A stretch of DNA of 63,998 nt, the filler included, from Lenisia limosa (Eukaryota; Protista; Breviatea), in assembly GCA_001655205.1 (NCBI GenBank). It is 12 parts of 12 records of this genome, joined end to end, with 100 filler letters (N's around TTAATTAATTAA, not from the genome) between each part and the next. Parts side by side here need not be neighbours in the genome. Positions count along the whole stretch, not along the records: positions 9,468 to 40,335 come from LPNZ01007578.1; 11 more parts are not named here. One strand, given 5' to 3'. Below are positions 24,600 through 37,412 of this stretch, piece after piece. The notes below the pieces were generated by a model that saw nothing but the letters and a program-made list of their open reading frames with translations, had not been told where the DNA came from and ran no database searches. The first letter of the stretch is position 1, and the number at the start of each line of letters is the position of its first letter. The position numbers were made by a program, and so were the translations under genes.

Positions 24600-24896
24600 G
24601 TGAACCAAACTCACCTACAGAGGACTATCAACGACATACTTCCCGACATTGAGTCTCTGCACATCCAGCAGGTTTCGTCGACAATCTTTCGTGCCATCGG
24701 TCAGGCCCCTACCCTTGGTGCCGCAACAATCTCCGCGATCGGTGCCCTCATTGAGGAAGGCTTCGTGTCCCAGGCCAACAAGATCGACGCCGCACCCTCC
24801 GTCGATCACTCCCTCGATACCAGTCTCTTCTTCGCGGCCGCCCCGGTTCTGGTGCCCAGCTCGTCAAACAAAAAGAAGTACTATGTGTTGTATTAA
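24600..24896 (+). CDS. GC-rich ORF or exon, unknown product
   Basis: 98-aa open frame with host-like C-ending codons (LQRTINDILPDIESLHIQQVSSTIFRAIG...). Confidence 0.35.
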   Translation: MNQTHLQRTINDILPDIESLHIQQVSSTIFRAIGQAPTLGAATISAIGALIEEGFVSQANKIDAAPSVDHSLDTSLFFAAAPVLVPSSSNKKKYYVLY

Positions 24897-25013
24897 TATG
24901 CACCCGGCTCTGGTAGAANNNNNNNNNNNNNNNNNNNNNNNNNNNNNNNNNNNNNNNNNNNNNNNNNNNNNNNNNNNNNNNNNNNNNNNNNNNNNNNNNN
25001 NNNNNNNNNNNCT

Positions 25014-25379
25014 CCATGCACCACCCGAGCCATAAAAGCGTCCCAAGATCGTGAGAAGACATGGGAAAGGCAGCTCAACACCAAGGGGCTAGAAAGAGTA
25101 AACTGTAAGCTCAATAGGTACCTTTTCCTAAAAGAACTGTCCCTCTGCAAATTCCAGCATATTGAAGTGGTCCGAGCCATCCTGGAATACGGCGCCGACC
25201 TCTACATTGACACCAATGCCCCCTTCTCCCGCCACACCCGCAACTTACCCAATACTAATGAACACTCTAAGCTTACTGACGACTCCATTAAGGCCCTCAA
25301 CAAAAACGGTACCGTCATTCTCCCCCCCCCCCATGAAACCCATAATTGTTGTTCTTTTATGTCAATAATTTACTTTTAA
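25014..25379 (+). CDS. ORF fragment ending in an ankyrin-like repeat
   Basis: Open frame ...LFLKELSLCKFQHIEVVRAILEYGADLYIDT, where EVVRAILEYGAD fits the ankyrin helix-2 consensus. Confidence 0.45.
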   Translation, partial: PCTTRAIKASQDREKTWERQLNTKGLERVNCKLNRYLFLKELSLCKFQHIEVVRAILEYGADLYIDTNAPFSRHTRNLPNTNEHSKLTDDSIKALNKNGTVILPPPHETHNCCSFMSIIYF

Positions 25380-28300
25380 TACAAAATTGAAATCACGCAA
25401 GTTACGCTCGTTTACGGTCCTTTTTGTCGCCGACCGAGCCAGGTTTTGGAACTATACATGTAACTTGCTTTAAAACGTGAAATCTCAATTAGACAAGTAT
25501 CGAACTTTCTAGATTTGGGTCCCAAATCAATAATCGCAAAAATTATTAAACTTTAAGCTCAGGTTATTGTGCTGATATATTGCTCTCCTTGTCGGATAGT
25601 AGGGGTAGGGGGGAAAGGTAGTCTAAAACTTTATAATTGAATACACCAATCATGTATCTGTTTTTCAGAGGAGGAATTGACCATGCTTTCTTCCTCTTTC
25701 CTCCCAATATACTCTGACAATGACTCTCTGATGCACAAGAATAACAATTTCAGCCCTTGAGATTGGTGTAAACGATGCTGCCACTACAGCTGTCTTCCTT
25801 GATCGTGAGTACCGTCGTCTTGTCAAGAAGTCTGAGCGTGCCAGTCCAAGTGCAAGGTCCTCCGCAAGAAGCGACTCACTAACAAGGCTCAATCTATACA
25901 AGATTATTGTGGGGAGATGTTTGTGGGGATTCAATAAGGAATAGTCACTTCAACCAGAGTTATATACCCACTTACGCATTCCTCTCATGGTACTCTAATT
26001 CCTCCTCTGGAACCACTGCAACAGGGCTCTGGAGGTGTTTTCCACCTCTAGAGGCGGAGACAATAACACAAGCGACGAAAAAACGCTCATTTAACCGCCG
26101 AAAACTACTCATATCCAAGCTGGTTTAACAATTTTCATTATATCAAAAAAAGGGAAGGAAAACAAAAAACAAAAAATCAGAAGAGGAAGAAACTTATAAA
26201 AAATGGAATTATACTCAAAGAAGACATTGCACAAGTGATTACTTTTGTATGTAGCATGTAGAGATTAGAAATAAAAATAGGTAGTCTCGCCGAAGCCGTC
26301 CACACTATCAAGCTTAAGGGCAAACATTAAATGAAAAATGTCCCAGCTCACAAAAACCACAAGAGAAACATTCACAAAAACTCAAATCAGAGAATAAACA
26401 AAAACTCCCGTCTTACGGTGGTGAAAAGGCATGAGATAGAGTTCCTGATAATGGGACAGCTACTGGTGCAGTGTGTGGGGCTAAAGCATCACACGTCTTT
26501 CAAACAAACATAAAGAACATAGCGCAAGCGCAAGAGCTTCGCTTGGAACAATTCTGTTTGTCTGTTTTACAGTGACTAAGATTGAGTGTGAAATATCAAA
26601 AAGATGTTTATGAGCATCAGCGACAGCAGGTGAAGATGCAATTAGAGCAGATGTCGAAATGAGATGACTGTAAATTTGAGATTTGATAGTTAAACAAAAA
26701 GAGGCCTCAAATAGTTCAGGTAGCATGAGCAGGTCTAAATTATTACTAGAAGAGGTGAAACTCAACTCACGGCTTCGCAAATAACCATGTAGATTAGTAG
26801 CTGAGATTGAAGATTTGATTGGAGATAAGTAGTAAATGCAAGAAGTGGGTTTGGGGGTGAGGCGAGAACTCAATGAAAAGAGTTGCGGTATAATGCCTAA
26901 AAGAGATAAATAACTGCTTGAGGCTGACCTTGGTTTTGAATTGACTCCCTTGTGATGATCCGATCAAAAGATAAATCTATTGTGATTAGACAAATTTTCA
27001 ATATCAGAGGTAGCAACAAACTGTGTTCACTATATAGGCAGAAATCAATAGAAGACACTAAACCGTCAGAAAAATACCTGAAAACCCCCCAAGAAAGCTG
27101 TCACACAAACCATGGTGAAAGAAAATTAAAACTGCTCCCTGCACAAGTCGAGAAAGACCAGAATGTAATAATGAACTAAGAGAAGCAATTAATCTATCTG
27201 AAAGTGAACCAAAACGGGATGTTGGTGTTCCACTGGTTGAGACCTTGACAATAAAGGAAAACATAACCAACTGTGTGCACCCAATAAGGATCTTCGGAAT
27301 GTGGAAACGCGAAAAAAGGCTTAAATGTAATTAATATAGCACCAACCAAGCCTTGAATTCTTGGTTTATTGAAACGTGGGGGAAATACTTCTTCAAAAAT
27401 AGCATGCTTCTTCCCCAGTAGTTTCTAGATATTAGTCGAATAAGCAAAAGGGTAACCTTAAAATCAGCAGAAAATCTTATGCGTGGCGATTCAAAGTAAG
27501 CAGCTATTTCAGCTTCGTCCGTCTAAAAAAAAAAACAATAAAACAATTGACTGGCATTTTCACAACCCACATTAACACATGAGTGCAGTAATGAATACAG
27601 TTCCGTGACAGACTTTTCAGGCTCATTCACCTAAGCATGAGACCATAGGCAAGATTATTTTACAGTATCTGTGTACGGGGTCTGCAACCACAGCTTTAAT
27701 TCAGCTTGTATCTTTAACCAGGCAGAATGGCTACAACGGAGCCATGGAAATGGACTAAACTGGTAATCTTGTGAAAACCCTACAAACCATCCAGGAGCTT
27801 CCGTTAAAAAAATCATGTGCTCTTCGTATCGCTACATGAGAATAAACTCGGTGGTGTTTTATTTAGTATATTTCTAAGGGGCATGTGTGCTCAAAAAATG
27901 GCCTTTCCTCACGTTAGAGCCCATAAAAACTTAATAGTGTGTAAAAACCCCTGCGTAAGAAAACAAGAGTCTCCAATTGCTCTTGAATTCTTTTATGCAC
28001 CTTTTCAATGCACAATACATTAAAATTTAAAAGAAGGAGGTCCGCAGCTCCAAAAGAAAGTGCCTCCTCGAAAGTCCTCAAACCCAGCCAAACATGGGGA
28101 CTGTGGCTCGGATTTTTCATCAAAAAAATCGTTCAATGCAACAGTGGGAATATCATGCTGAATACCAAACAAGTTTAAACCGGCTAGTCCTATCATGTAC
28201 ACAAGTAGATTCTTTTTTTTTTGAGAAATATGAAACTAAAAATCTTGTATTTTAACTCAATGATTTGTTTTTTAAAAAAATGATGTGACAATACTCCAGA

Positions 28301-30509
28301 AAGAATCCCTCTAGTAGGAGTGATTTTGAGTATTCAGGATGATGAGAGACACAATAGTTGTAAAATTTAACTTATGAAGGAAAGGAGCACGATCTCTCAC
28401 ACAGCTCTATGACGCTGAGTTACCTCTCTACCAAGGGACTTGACCCGGTTGGAACAGCCCGTGTCATTGAGGACCTTTCACTTCGTGGCATCCTCACCGA
28501 TTTTGCACAAAGTTTTGAATCGAGAGTGTTTTGACCTTTTTTGAGTCAACTTTTTTTTTAAAAAAAAAAACATTACTATTAATTCGATAGCTTCATGACA
28601 ACGACTCCGGTGCCATACCGCTTGTAGGCGCCATTGCCCGTCAGCTTAAGGCGGTCGGTTAATGGGTTTGGCGAGGTAACGTAGAGTGCAGATTACTCTC
28701 TCCTTTGGAAATGAATTTAATATTAACTGTTGTTTTATTTAAGCGACAAAGGTCGACAGGAAGAGCCACCATAAAATCTGGTTAGAAATCAAAAACAAAG
28801 TTTTGATGTATTTTACTTATTTTTTTCGGCCATTTATCCCGCTCTAATTATGTTTCAGTGTTCTACTTTTGATTCCGAGTCTTCTATTCATTGACCCTGA
28901 AGTGCATAAAACAATGAATGAAATATGATACCCCAAAACAGCAAAAATAGGGTTAATGTGATTTTTTGAATTATTTCTGAGTTGTTTATTTGTTAGTATT
29001 ATGTACATCGGCTCAATCGGAGTTTTAAAGACTTAAAGATAGAATGCTTCCTGTCTGAAGAAGAGGTAGGGCTATTCATCTCCGCTATGATGCTTAACTA
29101 CATAGAAACCTTCGTGATGGACGCAATCTTCAGCTTTTATTGAATCATTGGTCTTTGACTTTCTTCCGACGTACCCTCTTGGTCCATCCTAGCGCTCTTA
29201 AGGTGAGATATTACTGATTAGGCTATTTTAGGGAAAGTGGCTCTATTTTGAACAAGATCTTGTACATTTCTCCCTCTCTGCTTTCATTTGCCTACTCAGC
29301 TTATTTCGACGTTTCTCTTCCAAAGAAGGCAGTGTAAAATCTAAACATATTGTACCTATTTATGAAGTGTTTTCCCCCTTTATTCACCCACTATTGTCTC
29401 ACATTTTTGAATGTTTTTTATCTTCATCAAACCCCAAGAAGAATCCAGTGTTTGACCCATCATCATGTTTTACATTACAAAAGACTATTAACTACATACA
29501 TGTGTGTTATAAACTTAGTATTAGAACATCTCCTATTCATTGTTCACTCTTTAGAAGACTGAATCGATCAAATGTGGCATGAAAACCGCAGTACCACTAG
29601 CTGTTGAAGCAAGTTCTGGTGCTCTTCTACATTGGAGAGGGTAACTAGTCTTTTAAAACTGTAAATGTTGGAGTTGGGAAGTGTGAAGCAAATAGATTTT
29701 CCTTTCTCTTTTCTTTCAACATAAAACACATTTGGCAAATCCAAAATATGGTTACAGCGACCATTTCACAAAATAATAAAATATAAAAGGTATATTTTAC
29801 GTTTAGAGCGATAAACAATCATGACCATGTTACAAGTTTATATCAAAATTATTTATTCTTGAAACAAGAAAGAGAACACAGCAAGATCAGTTGACAGAGA
29901 TCACTGAAAAAACCTTAAGAGTCACACTAAACCCGTTCCATCAGCATTACATACCTTCAAAACTTGACAATGGGGGGAGGAAGAGCGGAGAGGTGCATTA
30001 GTTGACCAGGTAGAAGACAACCTGAAGGATTAGAGGACGAAACGTTTAAGCCAAGCAATAAGAAGTAAACTAGACGAAAAACAGTGTTAATGACTCAAAA
30101 GGCCAAAGATCCACTTACCATCAAGATAAGGCAACTTCTTTGAGAAAAGGAGAAACCAAAGTCGACATCAATTATCGAAACAGAAACAGTGATTCTACTT
30201 GACATTCTCAACAATGAAAGACCTAAGAACACACTATCCACTTTTGGAACTAAAGAACTTCCAACCACGATCGGCAAATAGGGTTTAAGCTGCTGAAAAA
30301 ATGTATAATTAGCATTATCTTTAATTGACAGCGTAAGTAGAGGCAAAGAAACGAAAAAAGAAAACTGTTTATGAACCGCCTTTCGGCTATTTTGGTGCTC
30401 TCGTGCTCATTTACTTGCTACTGAAAATTACCAGAGGAAGTTAAAATCTGCACATTCAATTTTCGAAAAATTCAAAAAACCGCCAAAAATGACCCCAACC
30501 GACCACCTT

Positions 30510-31127
30510 AAGGATGATGGAGGTATCAGCCAAAAGAGTTGTGTTTTCTTTTATTATGCTGATGTCACACAATTTCAACCAAACTACACCATCTTGCCGT
30601 TTATTGATTGACATAACAAACCAGAAACCGACTGGCAAAAAGCGGCCCTCCAACTTTTTAACAGCTCTGCCAGTGTCGAAGGATTCCGAATAGTAATAGA
30701 ATATGTTGTTTGGGATGGTTATTTTGTTGATAACGAGCTTGAGTGTGAATATTACTCAACATCACTCCCAGACAGAAATCTTGACACACTCGGGAGAACA
30801 ATATGACACGATATCACACCAACGTTCATAGCAACAGCTCAATATAAGGAAACACTTCTCCTTGTTTGTGAAGTGGTGACCATCTTCCATTAGTTGGCGG
30901 CGGTTTCGACACCAGTTCTACAAGCGTAAAAAAAATGACTATGCAACAAGAAAGAAGTCATTTTTGTAAATAGTTGAAAATACTCGAAAAAACCTGTCTC
31001 TGTCATCACGCATCGCAAATTCAGATCGGCGAGCCATTACTTCATAGGTGTTCACAATGTTGGGCAGTTTTGAATAGGACTGTATAGGTTCTGATTTGGA
31101 GATTACACTTGAATTCTTACGAGGCAT
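30510..31127 (-). pseudogene. MYND zinc-finger-containing gene remnant
   Basis: LSCCYERWCDIVSYCSPECVKISVW* matches the CxxVxYCSxECQxxxW MYND motif and is followed by stops. Confidence 0.5.
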
Positions 31128-31715
31128 TTCTATAAAAGGAAAGAAAAATTGAAAATTGAAAAGGGAAGGAGTTCAGTTCAGTTCAATGTTTTCAAATTTC
31201 GAAATCATTTTTTGACTGTTGATGAAAATCTAAATTGAATTGTTTCGACTTTGTAAACTGATAACTTAAATAGATAAATTATACTAAATAAACGAAACTT
31301 TGAAAGTTCTTGTGTTGAAAAACCGGCTAAAGCATCATTCCTAAGCTCGCCACCCTCGCCCTTTTAATGAGACCTTTCATTTGCAAGAAGGATTTTAAGG
31401 AAAATGATAAAACCAAAAAATGAAGTTTCCAATCATTCCCCTCGTGTATATAATTCCACATATGTATCTACTCGTCACAGCCCTCAGTTGCAGATGGTCG
31501 AGAATATTTGTTTTTTTATTATTTAAGGATGTACAACGGGACGAACGAGGCCAGCCATATCCAAAGAGTGGACTATATATTATACTATTATTTCTACAAT
31601 AATCTATGTAGATATGATATCATATATTATAGTATATAATATATATTATATAGTATATATATATATATACCGGCCAAACACCCCGCCATTAAGTCACTTT
31701 CCCCGATATGCAGAT

Positions 31716-32030
31716 ACTATTAGTGCGAAAAATGCGGCCGTTCAAAATTCTGGTTTTTTCGGTAAATCTGGTTTTTTCTTGTTTATGTTTGAATTATTGT
31801 TTTGTGATCCAGTATATCTCCTTAGAATTCCTAATAAGCTTCAAAAGGAAAACAAATCACGTCAAAATCGAAATAAACATGATATAATATATATAATAAG
31901 TACTTAGTACCTATTTTAGGCTTGTTTTTCTTAAAAAGAGTGTATCTCGTCAAAAACAAAAAAAAGCAAAATTACTAGATTAAACCAGAATTTTCGAAAA
32001 AAACTGTTGAACGGCTGCATATACTAGTGT
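31716..32030. mobile_element. MITE-like element with imperfect inverted arms
   Basis: gcggccgttcaaaattctggttt at ~31733 pairs with aaaccagaatttt...ttgaacggctgc at ~31982-32018. It sits in a TA-rich tract. Confidence 0.5.
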
Positions 32031-32999
32031 AATGGATTATAAAGCTGAGTCAATCCCTTACAACTCTCTCTGCGTGGGAATACCGCTGCCTACCTTAAGG
32101 AGTTAAATATTAAAGGAGGAGATATAACTGAATTACTTATATCATTGCACTTGCAAATGTGAAAAAAAGTTGAAAACAAGTTACAAATGAAACAAGATAA
32201 TTAATTTCGGAAGTATTACAATAGGAGGAAACCAGGCTGACGACAGACACCCAGGTATCCACCACGAGCATATTCACTGAAGCACAGATATACAATTATT
32301 TACCTTGATAAGATCAGGAGGCGAGAATTCACAAAAAGTGTTAAAAATAAACTCTGCCGCAGTGGCCTCTGGGCTAAGTGCCTCATCAGCTGAAGTAAAA
32401 CTACACAAGTGATGACTATCACAATACAATGATATTATATTGGATATCTCCTTAGGCTCTTCACAATTTTATTTTGAACATTTTACTTGAAATCACTCCA
32501 AAACTCAAATGTCATAGGTGTACTGTTTCTTGGGAATAAGGCATGTGTGAAAAATGACTAACAAGCCTCAATGAACTCTGATACATTCAGGATGAACTCT
32601 AGTGCCTTCGTTCATTTCGATTAGAAAGTCGGTTAGATGAGCAATAGTGATGTAGTGAGAAGAAGGAAAAATCAAAAGAAAGTGATTCTTGTCTGTCAAT
32701 GGATTTTGACTGGATTTGTCATCTAATTTTGTGATCTTACTTTTGGGGTGATCCTTGAAAATAGTCCGATATACGACCTTTCGACAGCGTCAAAATCTAT
32801 AATAATACATTTATGTTTTCCAGAAAGGTCCCCGGTGTTTTTCAACGAAATACCACTCGGGCTCACCAAGTGGTCTTCTTCCTGCTTCTGTGAGTCGGCC
32901 TTTTCTTCACCACTACACCGCGGGTGTTCCACTTGCCCGCGAGGTTATCTCTTCAGAAAAGTGTTTTGGGGTCATTTTTTTCGCGAAAAATCATACTTT

Positions 33000-34760
33000 G
33001 TCGCTCTGATCGAAATATTAGAACCATAAAACATCATTTACGGGACAAAGGGGATAAAGGGGGTAGCGGGATATGGAGTGACACGTCATCGGAATGTCAT
33101 ATATATACATGTATATATGATGAATATGATGAAAAAATATGACATTCATCATATTTTTTACACCCACGGGAATAGGATAGCATATGATATATTTTGACTC
33201 ATTGAACCCCATTTGTTTGAGAGAATAGTCATATTTTGAGTTGTTCAGACACAGAGAAGAAAATGGCAGCCTTTCGGCTGCACAAATGGCAAAAGGAATG
33301 TTCATAAACCCCAATTTCTCATAAAAAACCGACACAAAAAAACGTAAAAAAAAAATTTCACTTCATTTTAAAACCCCATTGATGATGCTCCCCAAAGGAC
33401 AGGTCTTTAGTGTGATCGATCAATTGAGGAAGTTGAAAGCAACTGAACTCCTAAAATCATGATTAACTGCTTATATTTTGTTCATAGTGCTAAGCACTGC
33501 AGAGAACAACAAAGAAGAGAAGAGTAAAGGAACCCAGCAACTTTTAGAATACCCTTGAGAAGATCCTTGAAAAGCTCCAGTCATTCATCCTCAAAAGAAG
33601 CTTTCTTAATGTAAAGGCTGAGAGCACCAAACAAAAAGAAGATCCATAGAAAAGAATGAATCTTGAAAACTGATGTTTCTTTGATAAGAAAGCTTAATAA
33701 GAGTCTAAGAAGCAGTCTTTGACTGTAAGTTTCCAGCATTCAGCAGCAAGAGAAGAAATCCTTCGTTTTGAATAAAGTCAATCAGCACGGTAAATACACA
33801 AACAAACCTTCCTGTTTAACAAGATCTTGCTCCAAAAAACGTTTGTTCTTCAATTCAAGGCAGTAAGAGTATCCAAAGAGGAAAATCATCGTTTAACTTT
33901 AGAAAGCAGAAAAAGGAAGAAAAAAATAAAAAATAATAGTAACTAAAAAACTGCATGCATCACTTTACATTAGTTACATATTATGTAGAATCCTTTTTAA
34001 GTGGCAACAAAACCTGACTTCACCTTTTAGAAAGAACAGAAAAGAAACACTCTAACATAATTACGGATAAATGGAGCAAAATGCTTCACTTTTTTAAGGT
34101 CGCCTTTACTATGGAAACTGAAACATCATATTGGACATCTTCTTGGCTGTTTCACTGAATTTTGTAGTAAATGTTTTTTATATGACGAATTTCGACCCTT
34201 TTGCTTGAGATCACTCAAAATATGACATTTCTCATATTTCATCGTGTAATATACGATAGCTCATATCCCCTCGACGCAGACCTCGGAGATATCGCATTCG
34301 CGATTTCCTTGGTTGTTTTGCTGAGGTTCCTCGGTTCTCACTCGGCTATACCTCGTTCGTCCCTCGGAACCTCCTTAAAACAATATCCACTTGGGAACTG
34401 CGTTCCCTCGGGGATATGGCATAACATATTGTTTGCAAGTAGAAATGGATACATACCCATCTGAATTAGTCCATAGTTACCATAAGAAACAAAAAAAAAG
34501 AGCTGAATAAAACATTCTTTAAACTGGATTTCAGGAGGTTTTGAGGAACGAACAAGTCACAGACGAGTGAGAACCGAGGAACCTCCGCAAACTATCAAGG
34601 AAATGCCAAATGCAACTCCCCTAAAGTCTGCTTTGAGGGGCTATGAATAATCATATCCTTGGGAATGAAAAAGTCATATTCTCCACCCTTCTTACACCCT
34701 TTGTACCGTAAATGATGTTTTAGTTCGATCAGAGCGACTTTTCAAAAAATAACCCTCGAA
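33000..34760. repeat. Nested inverted-repeat (foldback) complex
   Basis: The outer pair is gtcgctctgatcgaa...aaaacatcatttacgg.acaaaggg at ~33000-33055 and its reverse complement at ~34697-34742. The inner palindrome at ~34210-34685 contains a perfect 22-bp IR (34323-34344 / 34564-34585). Confidence 0.8.
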
Positions 34761-34867
34761 CAAAAAATATGGGGTAACAGGTCATCAGAATGTCATTTAT
34801 TATTTGATGAAAATATGACATTTATCATATAGAATATATATATAATATATATCGATATATATATATT

Positions 34868-34949
34868 TGCCCGCGTCAATTTCACAAAATGATTAAAATG
34901 GCGAAGTTATGGTCAAAACACTTTGTCTGAATACTTTTGCCCGCCACTG
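34868..34949 (-). mobile_element. Tc1-type terminal remnant
   Basis: Minus strand reads TA|CAGTGGCGGGCAAAAGTATTCAGAC, a typical Tc1 TIR start after a TA target. Confidence 0.65.
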
Positions 34950-37412
34950 TATATATCATATGATATACTATATATATTATATAAATATATACTAGATCAT
35001 ATATATCATATCATATAAATATATAGATCATATAGTACATTCCGGTCTGAGGGCAAGTATCACACTTTCTTTCACACTTTTTTTTATTAGGTCATGCACT
35101 AGTGATATTACTATTTTGTGGTTTTATTCGGCTCAAAACTGGCTTAAAAAATATGAAGAATCCCCCTTCTCAAGTCATGCGAACCACTTCACTTGAAGAC
35201 ATAAAGAATGTGTCAATGAGGGTAAGACAATGTATTGTCATTTTTTTCTAACTTTCTTTTAGGAGAACTCAACTCAAGCCTCTCGATTATCTTTTTTCAA
35301 TCGTTTTAAAGCTTTTTTTGATGACAGAATTGACTTTAACGGGCAATATTTTTGAAGATTAGCCGAGTTATTATCGAATTGTTTTCACTGTTTTCAGGTT
35401 TCGGTGAGTTCCTCCGCCAGCAACAGCAATATTTCCTGTGCCGCCTCAACCCCAACCTCAACAACCGTCCCCGCCAAGACTCAACTTGAAATTTAATCTT
35501 CCTTGATATTTCTGTCTTGTGTATTTGTGTTTGATTTTGATTTAATGTAATTTAATTCGTTTTGCCGTGATTTTCCAAATTTTTGCAGTGATTTTCCAGG
35601 ATTTTGCGTGATTTTCCTGCCCGCCCCTGTTTTTCTCATTGTTTTTATAAATGTCACATACAAATGGGAATTTTAGCATGTCTTTTTTCTATAAATTTTA
35701 TCATATTTTCAGAATTTTTGTTCTATTTTTGAATTGAACCTTCATTTGTAACAGCTAATTCAAAATCTTTTCGGGGAAAAGGGCAGAGTAGAAACCTGGT
35801 TTATACTTTAAGAAGTGCAAAACAACATGTTTTATGTAACTAAGCAAAAATGCAGCATAATGCCCCCGTTTTTCTTCATATCAGCATCATTGCTTAGAAA
35901 CTTCCTACTGACTGCGAAGCCCTTCGGGGTTGAACAATTTAAAAGTCAAGTAAAAGACGAAATGTTATTACTCATTAATTCATTCATTTTTTACATAAAA
36001 AATTTGTATGTTGTGTTAGAAGAGTATTTAGCGCTTGAAGGAACAGTATGATTATAATCTAAGGACAGTGTGCATCCACAAATGAAATTTTTATAATTAA
36101 TTAGAATGGTTGAAACATCAATACAAAGACAGAAGCCAACCCACTGGAAAGATAAATTAGCAATGGCAGCAGCTAGAACTGTTTGTGATGGCGACGACAC
36201 ATGCACACAAGCTGCTGACCTACTCTTTGAATGCAAAGCAAATAGTAACACAAAGGAGAAAAGACCACCCACTCACCCCTGAGCTAGTTCAGCAATAATG
36301 TCTCTCAAGTCGGCAACATCTAAACCTTATAAAAGGGTATGCCTATTTCCTGTTTTCTTTCTTGGATCATCATACCTGCAAAAAATACAGTTCCTGAGCT
36401 CTGGCTAGTTTCCAAAGATGAGGGCAACAGGGCAGCAGAGGTCCATTTCAGGGGGGACTGCAGAAAATCAAATGAGTGACGGTAACTTCACCACAATACC
36501 CAAACTTACATCACAGGGCCCATCAGGAGAACACTGGGAATAATTGATCATTTAACTTATGCCCATGCAACTCTACCATCCAGACTACACAATTCACTTT
36601 GATGATTTGATTATTCTGTTCTGTAAAATTTTTGTTTGTCTGTTTTGTGGTTGGTTTGTGTCCTCTGTTCAAATCTGGTTTGAGTCTGGTTGTTGTCTGG
36701 CAATTCTGGTGGATCTCTAGGACATGCGGTAGTAGAATATATATATATCTGGGGATTTCGACCTGTTGAGTATACTTGTAGGTTCCAGCCACAATCTCCC
36801 GCTCCTCGATTGACAAAAAAACTTGATTGCGCGGGTCAAAAGGAAATATTATGCTCTGGCTTTTTGGGGCCAATCGTTCACTAAATTATACGACTGGCAG
36901 TGTAGCTTTTATTGGTATTTTATGAAACTAAATATGTTTTATGGTCGGAGACACTGCGGAGACAAACAGCAGAGTCGGTAACATCTCCCATCAATCAGAT
37001 TGGCTTGGGATATAAATCAGAGAGTTTTTCACCAAATATCACCATTTTCATGCAAAAATGATGAGGTTAATTGCTGCAGTGCCCCTCTTGCTGGTCTCTT
37101 CTGATTTAGGCTCTACTGAACTTGCTACGTACTTGCAAGAACACCCAGCTGCCAGCCTCTCCCTTGCTTCTATTATTATAATACTCTTATACCCTAACTA
37201 AGCTCATTACTCAGAAAATTCCTTTCAACTGATGAAGAATAAACCAATAAATGTCAGTAATGATAATCCCACTTGATTTATATACAGAAGCAGGTTGTTT
37301 GTCAAACCGGTAGGACCGAAATGTAAAATATGCGATATTATACCAAATTTTACATATCTCCAAATTGTGGATACGTGCAAAGGTAAAAACGGAAAAAAAA
37401 TGATGATATGCA

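Noticed and set aside
26330-26873. Possible reverse transcriptase (YLMPF...VVFVSWDIF)
   Set aside because: There is no YxDD and no other RT motif in frame.
28380-28680. NB-ARC-like GAIPLVGAIARQLKA fragment
   Set aside because: It is a single weak motif with no P-loop nearby, which is not enough to support a call.
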